Below, one piece after another: positions 11,701 through 25,344 of a stretch of 64,000 bases of DNA. The translations under genes were made by a program, and so were the position numbers. The notes beneath the pieces are model-generated. The model was not told the origin of the DNA. It saw nothing but the letters and a program-made list of their open reading frames with translations, and searched no databases. This DNA comes from Phallusia mammillata (lineage: Eukaryota). Location of the stretch: contig OZ281495.1 of NCBI GenBank assembly GCA_965637545.1, positions 22,010,001 through 22,074,000 on the forward strand, in the 5' to 3' direction. How positions within the stretch are numbered: position 1 is the stretch's first letter; each line of letters opens with the position of its first letter.

Positions 11701-14700
11701 TAAGCGTGCCCAATTTTGGCAGCGAAATTATTCCCGCGGTTGTGCGGCTAGTTAGTAATAGGAAAATCTCTTTGCACAGACGGCTGCCTGTCTAGCCCTT
11801 GTTATCCTGGAGTGGAATGCAGTTCGTACGATGATGGCTCATTTGTTTGCGGCGCATGTCCCGAAGGAACGCAGGGTGATGGAACACAATGCGAAGACAT
11901 CGATGAGGTAAAATATTAATACTAGTTAAGAACCTTAAATCTGCTTTACTTGGAATGGTTAATTAAGCGCTAAAGCTGTTTGGAATATTTCGTCTGTCAA
12001 CTAAGTTGTTTAGGATTTGTTTGCGTATTCGCATGAAAAAGAATAATCCTACCAATGCGAGATTTACTTATCTTTTTGTCGAGACAGCTGCCTGTCAAAA
12101 AGGATTACAGGGTCAAATGTGTGTTTGCAGTTTTCGACAAAAACGGAAGCGGCCTGCTACGAGAAAGTGGCACTTGGCAATATTTTACCACGTATAAGGG
12201 AGCGCCTCTAAACACGAAAACAGAAAAATAATGGAACAACACAAGCTGACTGATTATATCTTTAAAAAAATCTGTCTGGGAATGCGGCTTAAAATAAATT
12301 GCGGCAACGTTTAGCGGTGTAATATTTTGCTTCGATTCGATCTAAAAACAAGCGGTCGTTGCAACACCTTTCTGTTCACAGCCAAAAACGCGTGATACCG
12401 TTTATCTCTAAACCTGGTCACGAACCGGTTTGCTCTGAGTCATGTTCGGAAAAAAAAAAGTAATTTTTTTTAATGCTACAATTCACTTTTGTGGTTTAAG
12501 TTTATAGTTATTTCAGGTGAGTTTAAATTTCACAAATCGTATGATGCGATTTACAGTCAGCTACCGCACACCCGTATATGTCTTACAAAGTGCTTGCTGC
12601 AGGGGGATAATGTGTTTACTGTAATAATTTGTAGACAGTAAGTCAGGCAAAGAAGCGGAAAGACGCTATTTTCAAGCCGCCCACAAGGCATCAACTGACA
12701 GTGTTCAATATTTTTTGCAGTGTACCTTGGTGCCGAATGCCTGCTTCCATGCTAATGGTGTCCACCGCTGTCAGAACCACTTCGCCGGGTACACTTGCCT
12801 TGCCTGTCCTGATGGCTACAAAGGTGAGTCGAAATGATTTTTTACTTGCGAACTCCCCAAAGGGGTCAACATCGCCATGCCAAACCATATTTACCTTACC
12901 AACAAGCAGGTAAACCAATATCTCCTGTATTTGCAGGTGATAGGCCGTCGGGCGTCGGAGCTGAGTACGCACTTGCGCACAAGCAGGTATGCCGGGTCGT
13001 GAACCCGTGCACGGACGATGGCAACCCATGTCCCGATAACGCACGATGCATCTTCCTTGGTCTTACCGTCACGCCGCCGTTCAAGTGCAAGGTACGCGTT
13101 TTGTTTGTTTAACTTTTGGCGGTTTCCGGCTTAAACTTGCACCAGAACAAACATTTTAAACTGCTATGAAATCTAATTACCAAGTGTTTAAATTAAGTCT
13201 AATTACCCATAGTGGTAACTTAAATTTCTTTAACAGAACACATTAATGGGTAAACCACAGGGAACAGTTCTCCTAATTATTCCTACCATATAACGAACAA
13301 GTTTGCCAAAAAAATTCTTGTTTGATGTTTATGACCTGGTTTAACCTGACATGCTCCTCACAGACATGAAAGACTGCAGGTGTTGGCATTGATAGGTAAA
13401 GAATGTCTATGTTCGTCACGCCACCAGGCTCACCTTCCAAAACCCAATTCCGAGCAAATGCCGTGTCGGTATTATATATCCCTTGAGAATCCCCAACACC
13501 GTTGTGGCTTATACAAAATCCCAATACGGCCGTTTACTTTTGGAACCGCCTTCAAACGGTACCACGCAACCCTGAAAATAGGTTTTTGTGCGTCAGAAAC
13601 TAAAGTTGTTTCATCCGCCCGATATTGCGACCACCTTTTAGGCACGGCATGTTGACACGTCTCGGAACTTGTTGTGTTTGTTCGTCTTTGGGCGCACCTG
13701 AGTTTTATTGTGTAAGTTTGCTCCCCCACAAAGAGGTCGTGCCTGTAAACAGGACAGTATTAAAGTTTTAAGCCGGTTTTTATTTCTGTGTAAGGCAGAA
13801 AAACATGTGTGTTATTTCATTAATGTGGAGAATTGCACGAGCAAAAATTCCCGTTCATCATTTCACTCTTGCGACCATACTAAACCGTTATATCGTTAGA
13901 TTTTCTGAAATTTGATCTTAGTAAAAACGTTTAAATAACGGTCTATCATACATTACAGTGTCTTCCGGGTTACGCAACGGCCCCAGGATGCGAAGGCCTA
14001 GTCTGCGCGGATGACTCAGATTTAGACGGGGTCGCAGATGAAGCAATCACGTGCGAGAGAGACGGAACGACCGTAAGTTGTTACCTGTTTTAAGTTGGAA
14101 ACACAAAGGAAATCGAGTAAACCAACTTTGTCAATGCAGATTTCACATCCAGCTGATAACTGCCGTAATACTCCAAACAGTGGTCAAGAGGACCAGGACG
14201 GCGACGGCATAGGAGATGTTTGTGATGGTGATATTGATGATGATGGCATCACAAACCTGCGGGTAAGTGCATGCTTTGCAATGTGACTGTTGTTACGCTA
14301 AGATAGCAAGTCAAGGCCAGGGATCGGGAACTTGCAGCCTTATGGGCCAAGTAAGGTCTCTGCATCCTGAAATGTTTAGCTAAATTTCAATATACGTGTA
14401 GCACTCAGTAGTCCAAACCAAGGGATAACATTACGAAAGTAATGTTTGATGAGACCTATATGAAGGAAGATGATATCCAGCAGATCTTCACAAACAAAGT
14501 TCCCCAACAGTAGTCAACACTCGTTTTTCTAATGAAATCTTTATTCTCTAATTATAGTATAGCAAAGTTAAAATGGTTAACATACAGATAACCACGTTGG
14601 TGGCCTACAGCGTTTGCATATTAAATCGGGAAGGTCGGTATTTGGCTTCGTCCAGCACTCGCGTGCCGCAAATGACAGGCTGTAGCTGTTATGGGGTTAG

Positions 14701-17700
14701 GTCTCAGTTGACCTGGCGGATTTTCGACTTCGGCAAATGCCGCGACATTTGATATCCAAGCCAGCAGGTTGCACGCGTGCGCGATGTTATGCATCGGAAC
14801 TACGACCTTTGTACGGATCATATGCAAGGAGTTATTTAACGTGATTCAAAACACTGTCACGGGTCTGTATTAAAAAGCTAACCCAGAATGCTATGTTTTT
14901 GCAGGACAACTGCGAATATGTGCCGAACAGAGACCAGTACGACTTGGATCGCGACGGAGTGGGCGATGCCTGCGATAACTGCCCTCATAAACGTAACTCT
15001 GCCCAGATCGATACCGATGGTGATGGACAGGGTGATGCATGCGACTTCGACATCGATGATGACGGTAAACTTTTGTTGTTGAAAATCCTGATGCTTTTGA
15101 CGTAGCGTAACTTTAAAGTCTTTATAAGATTTTGATCATCAGCTAACTCGTTGTAATAATTTTTCACAGGCATTGAAAACCTGATGGATAACTGCGTTTA
15201 CGTATACAACTTTGACCAGACCGACAGCGACAAAGATGGTGTAGGGGACATGTGCGACAACTGCCCTCTCGCATATAACCCAAGACAGGTACACATGGGT
15301 TCGGTGACTGATTGTCAGTTGCTATTGATAACTGAAAGACAAGTTTGTAATTCACTGATACATTTTTTTAGGCTGACCGTGACTCTGATGGTATTGGTAA
15401 TGACTGTGACACAAATCTGGATGTTGATGAAGACGGAGTTCAAAATAATCTTGACAATTGCCCATATATTGCAAACTCCAACCAGGCTGACCACGACAAA
15501 GACGGACTGGGTAAGGATTGTTAGATATTTTGAAGTATTTATCGTTCCGACAAGACCCGAAAATATATGTTGGTGTTTATAGGCGATGCATGCGATCCCG
15601 ATGATGACAACGATGGTGTGAACGATCACAAGGACAACTGTAGACTGGTTGTCAATCCAAGCCAACTTGATGTTGATGGTAAGACATCTCAACTGATTTA
15701 TCAAGATTCTAAATAACTCAACACCACAATTATAAAACCTTTTCATTTGTTTGTGTAGGCAACGGACGTGGAGACCTATGCGAAGGAGACTTTGATGACG
15801 ATGGTATTGCTGACATAATGGACGCTTGTCCTATGAATGCTGGCATCAGCGTCACCGATTTCAGCAAGTTTGATATGGTTCCTCTTGATCCCAGCGGCAC
15901 AGTCCAACTCGATCCTAAATGGGTTGTCAGACATCAAGGCAAAGAACTCATTCAGACCGTGAACTGTGATCCAGGACTTGCAATTGGTAAGAACTACAAA
16001 TAATTGCCATGCTCAAATAATCACTTTAAAAATACATTGGTTCAATTTATGCCTTGAACTCAGTTAGTCGCTTGGAGCTAATTTTTCTTTATTACTTTTA
16101 GGAATGGATCGATTTGAGGCTGTTGACTTTAGTGGAACGTTTTTCGTTAACACTGGTCGGGACGATGACTACGCAGGTTTCGTATTTGGCTACCAATCAT
16201 CCAGTCGGTTCTATGTCGTTATGTGGAAACAGGTATCTCAGACTTACTGGAAGAACACACCCAGCAGAGCACAGGCGTTTGGCGCCCTTCAAGTTAAGGT
16301 ACACCACGAAACATAATCAAGAAGTAAATACGTGATTTTAAAGATAGTAGGTAATCTTTTTAAGTTCAAACTGTTCGAGCCAAATTAAATCAACTTAATC
16401 TGCATTGAAAACATTCAATAGCCGTGTTCATTTGCTGTAAACTAAACTAAACTGCACGAAATGTTTCATAAACAGTCGAATCTTGGAACTGTTTCTATCA
16501 TGTTGCGAAAAATCCTTACCACTAAGCTTGGTTTGTTGAATAACTGTGGTCTTTTGTCTGGGACGAACTTGATCGCGCTTAAATTACAATCCTCTCTAAT
16601 CCAATTTACGTTGTTGTGGAAATTCAAGCGTGTTTTCCACATGCAAAGCCGTGACTGGCAGACTGGTCATTTACCTAGAGGCCGAGCGAAAAACCAAAGC
16701 TTAGGATGATTTTCTTACTTCCGCAGAGCTGCAAAATTTGCGGCTTAAAGTGAAGCTAACATTCCTCTAAACGCCTACGTTTCTTTCAATTTTAGGTGGT
16801 GAACTCCACAACCGGTCCCGGGGAGGCACTGAGAAACGCCCTTTGGCATACAGGAGACACAGCAAACCAGGTATGCATTCACGTGACTAGTGCAGGTGCT
16901 GCGGTTCTACATTCCGATCTTTTATTGCACGAACGTCTATTCGATATTTTATCGTAACCTAAATCATCGTACCAACATTCTTCGCGGTCGCCTTGATACT
17001 TAGCGCCAAGGTAATTTTGGAGCTCGGCTAGCTCGTGAATTGCGCATAGTTTGTTAATTGGTTTATCTGCAATCGACTGACTGCGGCTTTTAAATAACTT
17101 GGCCTCGCTTGTGCGTGGTTTAAACCCTGGGTCAAAATATTACGGTGCACAATTCCCCTGCAATTAGAAGATACATATTTGGGCGCCATTTTAGTATTTT
17201 TTTTTATTTTGTAAAGGTGCGCACTCTGTGGTACGACCCTATGCAGCAGGGATGGAAAGACTTGGTAGCGTACAGATGGACCCTTCAGCATCGTCCGGAG
17301 ACCGGTTTTATTAGGTAAGGAGCACAACAACACAACAGCTTTTGATAAAACCAGAGCGCAAAGCTATGTCATGGTGCACTTGGCATTTCGGTTGTGGTGT
17401 GGAATTTGAGGTTTGATCGATCACAGACCGCTGATCCAAGTAAATCTCTTTTATCGCACGGAAGGAATTTATACCTATTATGGAAATCCCTTACATTTTT
17501 CGTGTTCCAAACAGATCCTTGTTGTTTACGCAGGGTGACCATGTATGAGGGCAAGAAGTTGCTCGTTGACTCCGGGCCGATTTACGACAAGACCTACGCC
17601 GGCGGTCGGCTGGGAATGTTCATCTTCTCACAGGAGATGGTGTTCTTTTCAGACATGGAATACTCATGCAAAGGTAAGCACGGAAGCCTGTCGTCTGGAG

Positions 17701-18166
17701 TCGGCAATATACGTGCCTTAAGCCCTGGTATGAAAAGCCCTCTCAAGGCACTTAAATCTCGATTGGTTTGCGTTTCGTGATCGCTGATTCTACCGTGCGG
17801 ACTTACCGCGGTGGTGAAATTCCACATTCCAATCGAGTTGTTTATTTGCAGACACGTGAAGTCGACGGCTCGAACTGGAGGCTTACGGAAAAAATTCTGC
17901 AGCATTAACGCGCGATCCGCATCGCTTTTGATTGTATTGTCACGTGACCGGCGATCGATGGACGCATTGGATAGAGACCACCGGGCTTGTACTTTCTCAA
18001 CGCATTTTCATTTTTTTCTTGTAACAGGGCGCAAATGCACTTTTCAATTACTTGTAGTTGTAAATTAAAATTGGCTTGTATTATATGTGGGTGGCCAATT
18101 TGTATGCTATCGTCTTAATTGAACAATTTCAAACTTGTCCTTCCTTTCCCAGTTACTAACGTTTAG
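5773..18166 (+). CDS. THBS1/THBS2-like: Thrombospondin subgroup A (THBS1/THBS2-like): signal peptide, LamG/TSPN, vWC, 3 TSP type-1 repeats, 3 EGF, type-3 Ca-binding repeats, C-terminal L-lectin domain
   Basis: 23 phase-compatible GT-AG coding exons: 5773-5827 ([18 protein letters not shown]), 5953-6548, 7202-7295, 7380-7621, 7940-8033, 10777-10941, 11012-11188, 11426-11599, 11780-11907, 12721-12823, 12937-13091, 13959-14072, 14140-14262, 14905-15064, 15170-15288, 15372-15510, 15583-15678, 15759-15986, 16102-16298, 16796-16870, 17217-17314, 17534-17673, 18153-18166 (last exon least certain). Motifs: WSxWSxCSVTCG repeats, DxDxDGxGDxCD repeats, [42 protein letters not shown]. Confidence 0.96.
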
Positions 18167-18840
18167 CACAGCACGCCCACTGTAGTTTATTTCGCTGCTG
18201 TCTAACACCAGTCGTTTTTTACCTTTCTTCGACCGTTTGTTGTTTCTTGCCATGGATCAAACCAAAGGTATTTACCCAACACTTCGTTTATTCCGTGGGT
18301 TTAATTTATTCAAAAACCTGTGTTTACATATGGCCGACGCTGCGCGTTTAAATGAACAATCTATATGAAGCATTTGCTATATAGCACAGCTTTTTGATGC
18401 TTTTAAAGCGTTTTTGTTGTTGTGTTTCCAGTATTTATTTCTCTTTCGTACGTCTTTTTCGCTTGTTGGTTTTTAAACGAGACTTTGACCAATAAAATTA
18501 GTGCCTTAGTCAATGTAATAAACTAAAATATTGTATGCAGTATTAATCAGCCAAAAACAATTCCTAGCAAAGCCGAGAAAAAAAACCTTTTGGCAGCAAT
18601 ATTAGAAGAATTTCGTCAACAAACATTAAACTGGCTCAAAGTCGACATTACCAGACCGTTTTGCCTTAAATTGTTTTCGAAAAACACGCCAAACATTTGG
18701 CAATAAAAACTTAAATAATCAGCATACAAATCAATACAGTAATAATAATAAAATACGAGAACAAATCAAAATATAAAACAAAAATTTTTCGTCTAGTAAA
18801 TCTTTGTCTATGACAGAAAAGGCTAAGAAAAATGGTTTCG

Positions 18841-21800
18841 CTAATAAGGCACTTTAACATTTCCAACAAATGGACTTTGCAAATACGCGACTGCCTTGTG
18901 TTTAACGCAGTTGCGTTCAATTTCATAGTTTCCGCACAGAACGTAGTCATCGACAGATATTTCTTCCAGCATGTCCGACAAGTCAATATATCTACAACAA
19001 AAACCGATATAACACACAACAAAAAACGGTAAAAATGCATTTTTTATTGCTAACCCCATAGCTACAGCCTTGTTGAGGTGAAAAGCGTGATCCGCTGTGC
19101 GCGTGTGACCGGCGATTTTGCCATTCCGCCATATTGGTTCCTCGCCGAAAAGTTGAACCGGGCTAAAATATGAAATCGAACACGAATAAATGACTCATCG
19201 AGCTAATCTTAGTAATTAGTATATAACATACTCGTTTATCGTAAAATATATGAAGCATTTTTTCGGCTGACTTTTGCCTAACTCAGTTAATGCATCAGAT
19301 CCGATGTAATTACGATTGTCATCACACAAGTGGATCAGGCGCGCTTCAATCGGCGAATCGTCTGTTCGTAAACTTCCACCCCAGTTGTGAAAACCTTGAC
19401 AAGAAAGAAAATGTTTAAACATCTGTGAAATTTGTGTTCTATTGCATACAACGTTATAGGGACCATTGAAAATTAAAAAGTGCGAAGAGTTGGTTCTTAT
19501 AATTACTGATAATTTGCCTTACCCGCTTCGATTCCGAGTGATTTTATTGCACGGCATCCTGCGTCACAACCGCCATGTTTCGCAGCTTCTTGCATAACTG
19601 CTTCATAAATTATTACAGCTTGTTCATTTTTACATGTTATTTCATATCCCAACTCCCCGACAATAGAATTCCTGTCATCATAATAGTGTGCTTGCTAATT
19701 TTAAAATTAACGTATAGGCACACAATTTGTGCTGCATGGATCACCAATTACCTGATAAGCTGGACGTTGATATCAGAAATTTTGGAAAACATAAACTGCC
19801 CAGGCGCAAGCGTCTTTAAATTCTTTCCATGGAGCAGTTTGTCCAACACGATACGGCTATAAAAGTATGGGTTTGAAAAAGTAAAACATAGTATCATCGT
19901 AAAGAAGGGTTGTAAATTGCAAACATGAGAGACTTGGCAAACCTTTTAGGTCCTTGCAAACTTAGCATTGTAAGCTCATCAGTTCTGTCCGTAACTTTGT
20001 ATCTAAGGTTTCTTCCACTTAACACGTCGTCAATGTGACCTTTACAATATCCCGCGGTATCTTCTCTTACGTTCAGGTAATACTTGATCCCTGAACAAGT
20101 AACATGACATGAAGTATTATGTTTTTTTATAAATTTAATTTTATTTGGTATTTGGTAACAAATATATACCTATTGTGAAACAGTTTAGAATTGACCACAC
20201 CTGCTTTAGATTGACCAGCAGTATTAAGACACAGTAGCATTAAAATATTTTAAGAATGCCTGTCTTCAGCTTTTTCAGGCTCTTCAACGAAAAACAATTT
20301 GTTAGTTGGAGACGCTTTAGACAAAACTGAAACCACCCTATCATTTTCACGCGAGTGCCGTTTGTGTATTATGCTAGTTTTAAAATAGTAACAATTTTCT
20401 GCAGACAATACCATTACTACAACTGTTGCAGTGCAACATAAAAGCAATTAAAGATTGCCGTACAAGAACATTTAATCGTTGTTGTTTGTGATACGCAATA
20501 GTGATGCACCGAACCCGCCTAAAAAGGTTCGGGCCGAAACCGAATATTCGGCCACGAGGCCGAATAATTTCGGCCGGATCAGGCCGAACCTAAAATCCTG
20601 TTCTTATAGATGTTTTCAACTGAACCTTGTGTCGTTGATGCGAGTGAAGTGAATTATGACAAATCAAAATCACTTAGGCCTACACCATCTGGAAGCTTTA
20701 CTAAATTTGCAATATTTTGCAGACAACGTGGCTCGTATTTTATAGATACCACAATTAGTTAATTTATGACGTTTTGTATTGGCGAAAATGATAGTTTGGG
20801 CATTAATTCTATGCAATCAAAAAGTTCGGTTTCGGCCGAATTTTCAAAAAAGTTCGGGCCGAAACCGAAACATCGAAAAACAGCGTATTCGGCCGAAATG
20901 TTTCGGCCAACTGAAACTTCGGTGCATCACTAGTACGCAATACGTACACGATAATCTGCGTTAACCTATTGTGTGATAGCCGTGCGGGAAAAAAATCTTG
21001 ATAACCTTTTACTGAGGGTTTGGTGATGCGTTGTTTTTATGGGTTAAAATGCGAAATTTAAATATCGTTTGACGTGATGTTTTCCACAAGAAAACAATAA
21101 GGTCAGCTAAGCTTAGCAAGACTAACGATGCAAATTATTGAGTGAAACCATGGCTATTTATTGGAACGTGCTCATAAACTGGGTTGCTGCCTCGAAAATA
21201 CAGTTAAATTTTACCCAACGAAATTGTTTACTTCATGAGTTATAGCAGCGGTCTGGCACAATCGCTCTGCTCTGCGCCGCTGCAGTTAAAAGTATGTCAA
21301 CTAATTTAGGCGTGGTTCACATATTTTAGTCCGCAGTGGCTAACATCAGGTCAAAAATAACGCCAAAACCTTTCGATACATCCTATCGATTATATTGTTG
21401 TGGTAGAACATTTAGGTTTCGTTTGATGAAGGGTCATTCACAAAATAACGAGGGTAACTGTGTAAAGTATGTTAATTTAACAAAATGTTTTCCATATAGG
21501 CTCCCTTAAAGCCGATTTAAATATGCACGTCTTTGGCCGTTTCAAAATTGCACGTTTTAACGTCATGTGGGTTAACTAATAAGTAAATTGCTCATGTGTT
21601 TTTATTTAAGAGTATCTGGAAAAAATGTTGAACGAACTTAAAAAATAAAATAGAACAAAAAAGTGTTTTCATCGGAGCAGGGGACTCCTAATCAACCGTT
21701 TACATCTAAATGGGCAGTTTTTAACAATTGTTTTCTTTCGGCAAAGGTTAATATAAATGGCAAAGGTTAACAAACACTCACGGCCAAAGCTTATATGTTC

Positions 21801-24800
21801 TTCCAGGGCATATATTTATCGTCACATTACGTTTGTTCATTTTTTAAGATCATACCGTACCCCGCCATTTCTGCACAAACTACCAATGTTATAGAATAGA
21901 GACATAATAATATCTCACCACCATCTTCAGTGTCCATCTTACAAACAACAAGATCAGATTCAATCCCGCCCTTATCATTTAACATCAGGGTGTAGGTGCT
22001 CGTATTGCAGTTCGGGTTGGCAGTGACGTCAGAGGAGAAGAGAAGTGTAGCGGCCTTGGTGGCGTCTGGACCTTCCAGCACCAATTTACCCACAGAACTG
22101 GAGTTAAACACAGCACATGACGTTCGGCATGTTATGCACTCCCTTCCTATCTATACAAAAGTTCTTGTAATCAATCTAATCAAATCAAATCTTTTTCACC
22201 ATTTTTGTCTTGCTAAACGAAAAATATTTGCATTTGAATCATTTTAATCAAATATGGTAATAAGTTAGCAAAAAAGAAGATCTTACTATTTCATGAACTA
22301 GACCAGGATACCCAAACGTGTGGTCGTGTTTTAGTTGATCTCGATAGCCATAATCCTTATGAACTTCGTTTCCATACGCTCCATAAAAATCATAATCTTT
22401 GATTTCATGTTTTGTTTTGGGCATAAAATACGCCGGTACCTCAGAGTTGTATTCGTTTTTAAAAACGCAACCCCGATCCAGCAATGTCTGTTTAAAAACA
22501 TAACGTGAAACAAACAAAAAATTTCGGTTGTGCTTTTCAGCGGTTTTATGGTACCTTGTGAAGAGCATCTTTTCGGACATTTCTTCCAGCTAGGGGCTGG
22601 TCATTTGGAAACACAATGCCGTAATGTGTGACGTAGCTTTCGTGTGACCGCTCGGTAAGCCAAGTTTTATTGGAGACTAAACTTGATGGAAATCTTCTGC
22701 AAAGTTATCGGTGCGTTTATATCAGTGGTTCCCAGCGTTAAACATATACGTATGCGTTCTTAAATTGCCAACCAGAATAATTAATCATAATTGATCAGAA
22801 AGTACTGTTAAAGACATTTCGTTTATTTAAGTTTCGATTTATTGGTGTTACTTTTAAAAGCTTGTTTAAACCTAAATAACGGTATGTTACAGTCGTTATC
22901 TGAAACAAAGTTATAATTTTTAGACGAGGGTCTACAATTTAATGCTGGTTAGGTGGGTGAGCAAAGAAGGTTGGAAGTCGCTGTTTTACGCCTTTGCTGA
23001 CTTTCTTTAGTGAGTGTAGGTTACCTTATGTTCCAAGTAAACATATCGAGTTCGGGTTTGCCGCGGATAGCCATTAAAGCAATTTGTTTTCCAGCACCTC
23101 CGCCCAACATCATACCGCCGCCGTTAAAACCACTCGCGTGGAAAAACCCTCGTACGTCTGGGGACTCCCCGACAAGCGGTTTACCGTCAGGAGTAAAAGA
23201 TTCTGTACAAAATGTTGCGTTGATATAGGCTACTGATTTTTTTTAGGTCTAGATGTTTAAACCACACAAAATAGTACCGAAATGTGAACACCTAACCAGG
23301 GATTATTTAGTGTATCGTATCACACAGTTTAACTTCTTTTAAATCTTTATCGTGTTATATTTCTATTTTGGGTGGTATTTTACCTGGCCCACAGACAGTG
23401 CTGCGTATTCCCGACTTTGCAACTGCCGGCATTATTTCACAACCAGTTTCCAATAGCGGTCCGTACGTATCCCAATTTACATCATAAAGTCCAAATGCAA
23501 AATCGTTAGCCACCTTACAAAATTCAACAAATTAGAAATTTCGCCAGAATCATATACAAATGATATAAGCACCTTTTCGCATAAAATCGGGTTACTCTCA
23601 TACCCTCCAACTTGTAAAGTATCTCCCTGTCTTTTGATGTACATCGACCCATCATGATGCCGAACATTTGGTAGCTCACGAGCACCCTCAATCGGCTGAG
23701 TGATTGCATACGCTTGTCTGTAAACCACCTGTGGCGTCTCCACCCCAATCATCTGTTTGCAAACATTTGATTATAAATCCAATATTTGCCAATAACTATT
23801 ATTAAAAGAGAACTGTATTCTCAACATTCAAATTACACTCTGATCTTTAGGGTACGAAAAAAAACGCGCTGCCAAACGATTAAACGTATAATCCTCAAGT
23901 TTTAAAGACTAGAATCAGTGTGACTTTCGACAGTAACAATGAAGGGTACCGCTTTTCAATGTTTACAAACATACTTTTCCAATATTAGGAGCCCATACAC
24001 CAGCGCAGTTGATCACATGTCCTGTTGTTATTGTACCAATGTTCGTGTTCACTGAGGAGATGCGCCGTATCCCATAGTCGTCAGTTTTTGTAGAAAGGCT
24101 TGTAACTTTGCAACCTTCTAACACCTTTTCAACAAATCAAAGAATTTGTTATACGTTTTATTAAACACATTTTTGAGTCCTGTTTTACCTTTGCGCCATA
24201 TTTTTTAGCAGCTTTTGTGTAAGATGAGCAAGCTCCCGTGGGATCCAAAGTACCATCATTTGGACTGTACAGTGCTCCAACAAACTTTGAAGCATCTAGA
24301 AGAGGGTGGATTGAAGGTATTTCTGAATTCGAAATAAGCTGAGATTCGATTCCAAACACTTTCGCCAGCTAAAAACACAATGTTCCAACGCACCATGTTT
24401 ACTTTACAAATATTTTGCACCAGTATTAACGCGGCTATACTACAGCTATAGCTGGCGGACCACCAAAATACAAGTGGTTCTAAAAATTGAAACATGATAC
24501 ATTGATACAACAACCGGAAACAAAAAAGGCAATAGGGTGGCATTTCAAAATTTTGGTTTATTGTATTGCTGCAAAACATATCCAACTGTACTATTTCATA
24601 AGGCAGCGCAGCAGAAATCGTAACCCACAATACAATATTATGTTTTAGGACCTTTTTGTCTCACTCGCGAGGAGATTTTTGCTAGTCACCACTGCTGCCT
24701 TAAGTGCAAGCAGCGTCAGCAGTACACAAGTGATTAGTTATATATTAATCTTACCGTTTTCATTCGTTCGTAAGCCTTCATCCTTTGTGAGTTACATGCT

Positions 24801-25344
24801 GTGAACAACCCCCCGGTCTGAATCCAGCCTGTTTCGGTATTAACCTCTTGTGACAGTATTGACGTCATCAAGGCGTGTGTGTCAGTCACAATTTTCAAAT
24901 CCAATTCGTTCGTTCCCACTCTCCACAACAAACCTACAAATTTAGGGTTAATTAATAGCCTGACACGGACGTTTTTACAAATACCACAATCGACTTCATC
25001 AAAAAAACATAGCCTTTCCTCAATTGCAGATACAATATTAGCAGTTTACCAGAAGTGTGCCATGTTGTTCCAGCAGTCAATTTGTCTTTTTCAAGAAGAA
25101 CGACTTTTCCAGCTCCAAACTTAGCAAGATGATAAGTAGTACTACATCCAATACTTCCACCTCCAATTACAACTACATCAGCTTCCGTAGGTAACTGCTG
25201 CCTTGCATCAATGCTACTTTTACGATGTTGCCATTTTATGTTGTTAGTAAACGAGCTGCTGCGTAGCGTGCTGAGAGATATGCAATCAAAGTGGCAGGAA
25301 AATCCTGCTGACCAAAAGCCTTTCACAAGTTTGTGTGTAGACAT
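18841..25344 (-). CDS. SARDH-like: Sarcosine dehydrogenase-like flavoprotein, copy A (divergent; open reading frame intact)
   Basis: 16 exons: 25344-25050, 24933-24755, 24368-24189, 24124-23975, 23752-23573, 23513-23384, 23202-23025, 22696-22555, 22487-22287, 22150-21919, 20090-19943, 19856-19752, 19671-19523, 19394-19232, 19162-19055, 18991-18841. FAD motif [11 protein letters not shown], covalent-flavin motif [25 protein letters not shown]-protein-like C-terminal half (GGIESDL, LQGPKSR, GELGYE). All phases join without stops. Start codon choice is less certain. Confidence 0.92.
20499..20932. mobile_element. hAT-type MITE in intron 10 of SARDH-like copy A
   Basis: Perfect 15-bp TIR TAGTGATGCACCGAA / TTCGGTGCATCACTA; 8-bp flanks ATACGCAA / GTACGCAA (7/8); subterminal CCGAAA/CGGCCGAA repeats. 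Confidence 0.85.

Noticed and set aside
14318-14515. Additional hAT-like ends (14318, 32737, 43930)
   Set aside because: Only one recognisable terminus or heavily decayed partners; boundaries could not be supported.
18028-18068. Alternative last exon of thrombospondin ([13 protein letters not shown])
   Set aside because: Phase-compatible but 18153 has a stronger polypyrimidine tract and gives a short tail like other thrombospondins; unresolved without cDNA.
20499-20932. CCGAAA-type subterminal repeats considered as a CRISPR-like or iteron array
   Set aside because: Eukaryotic context, no regular repeat-spacer period; explained as MITE subterminal repeats.
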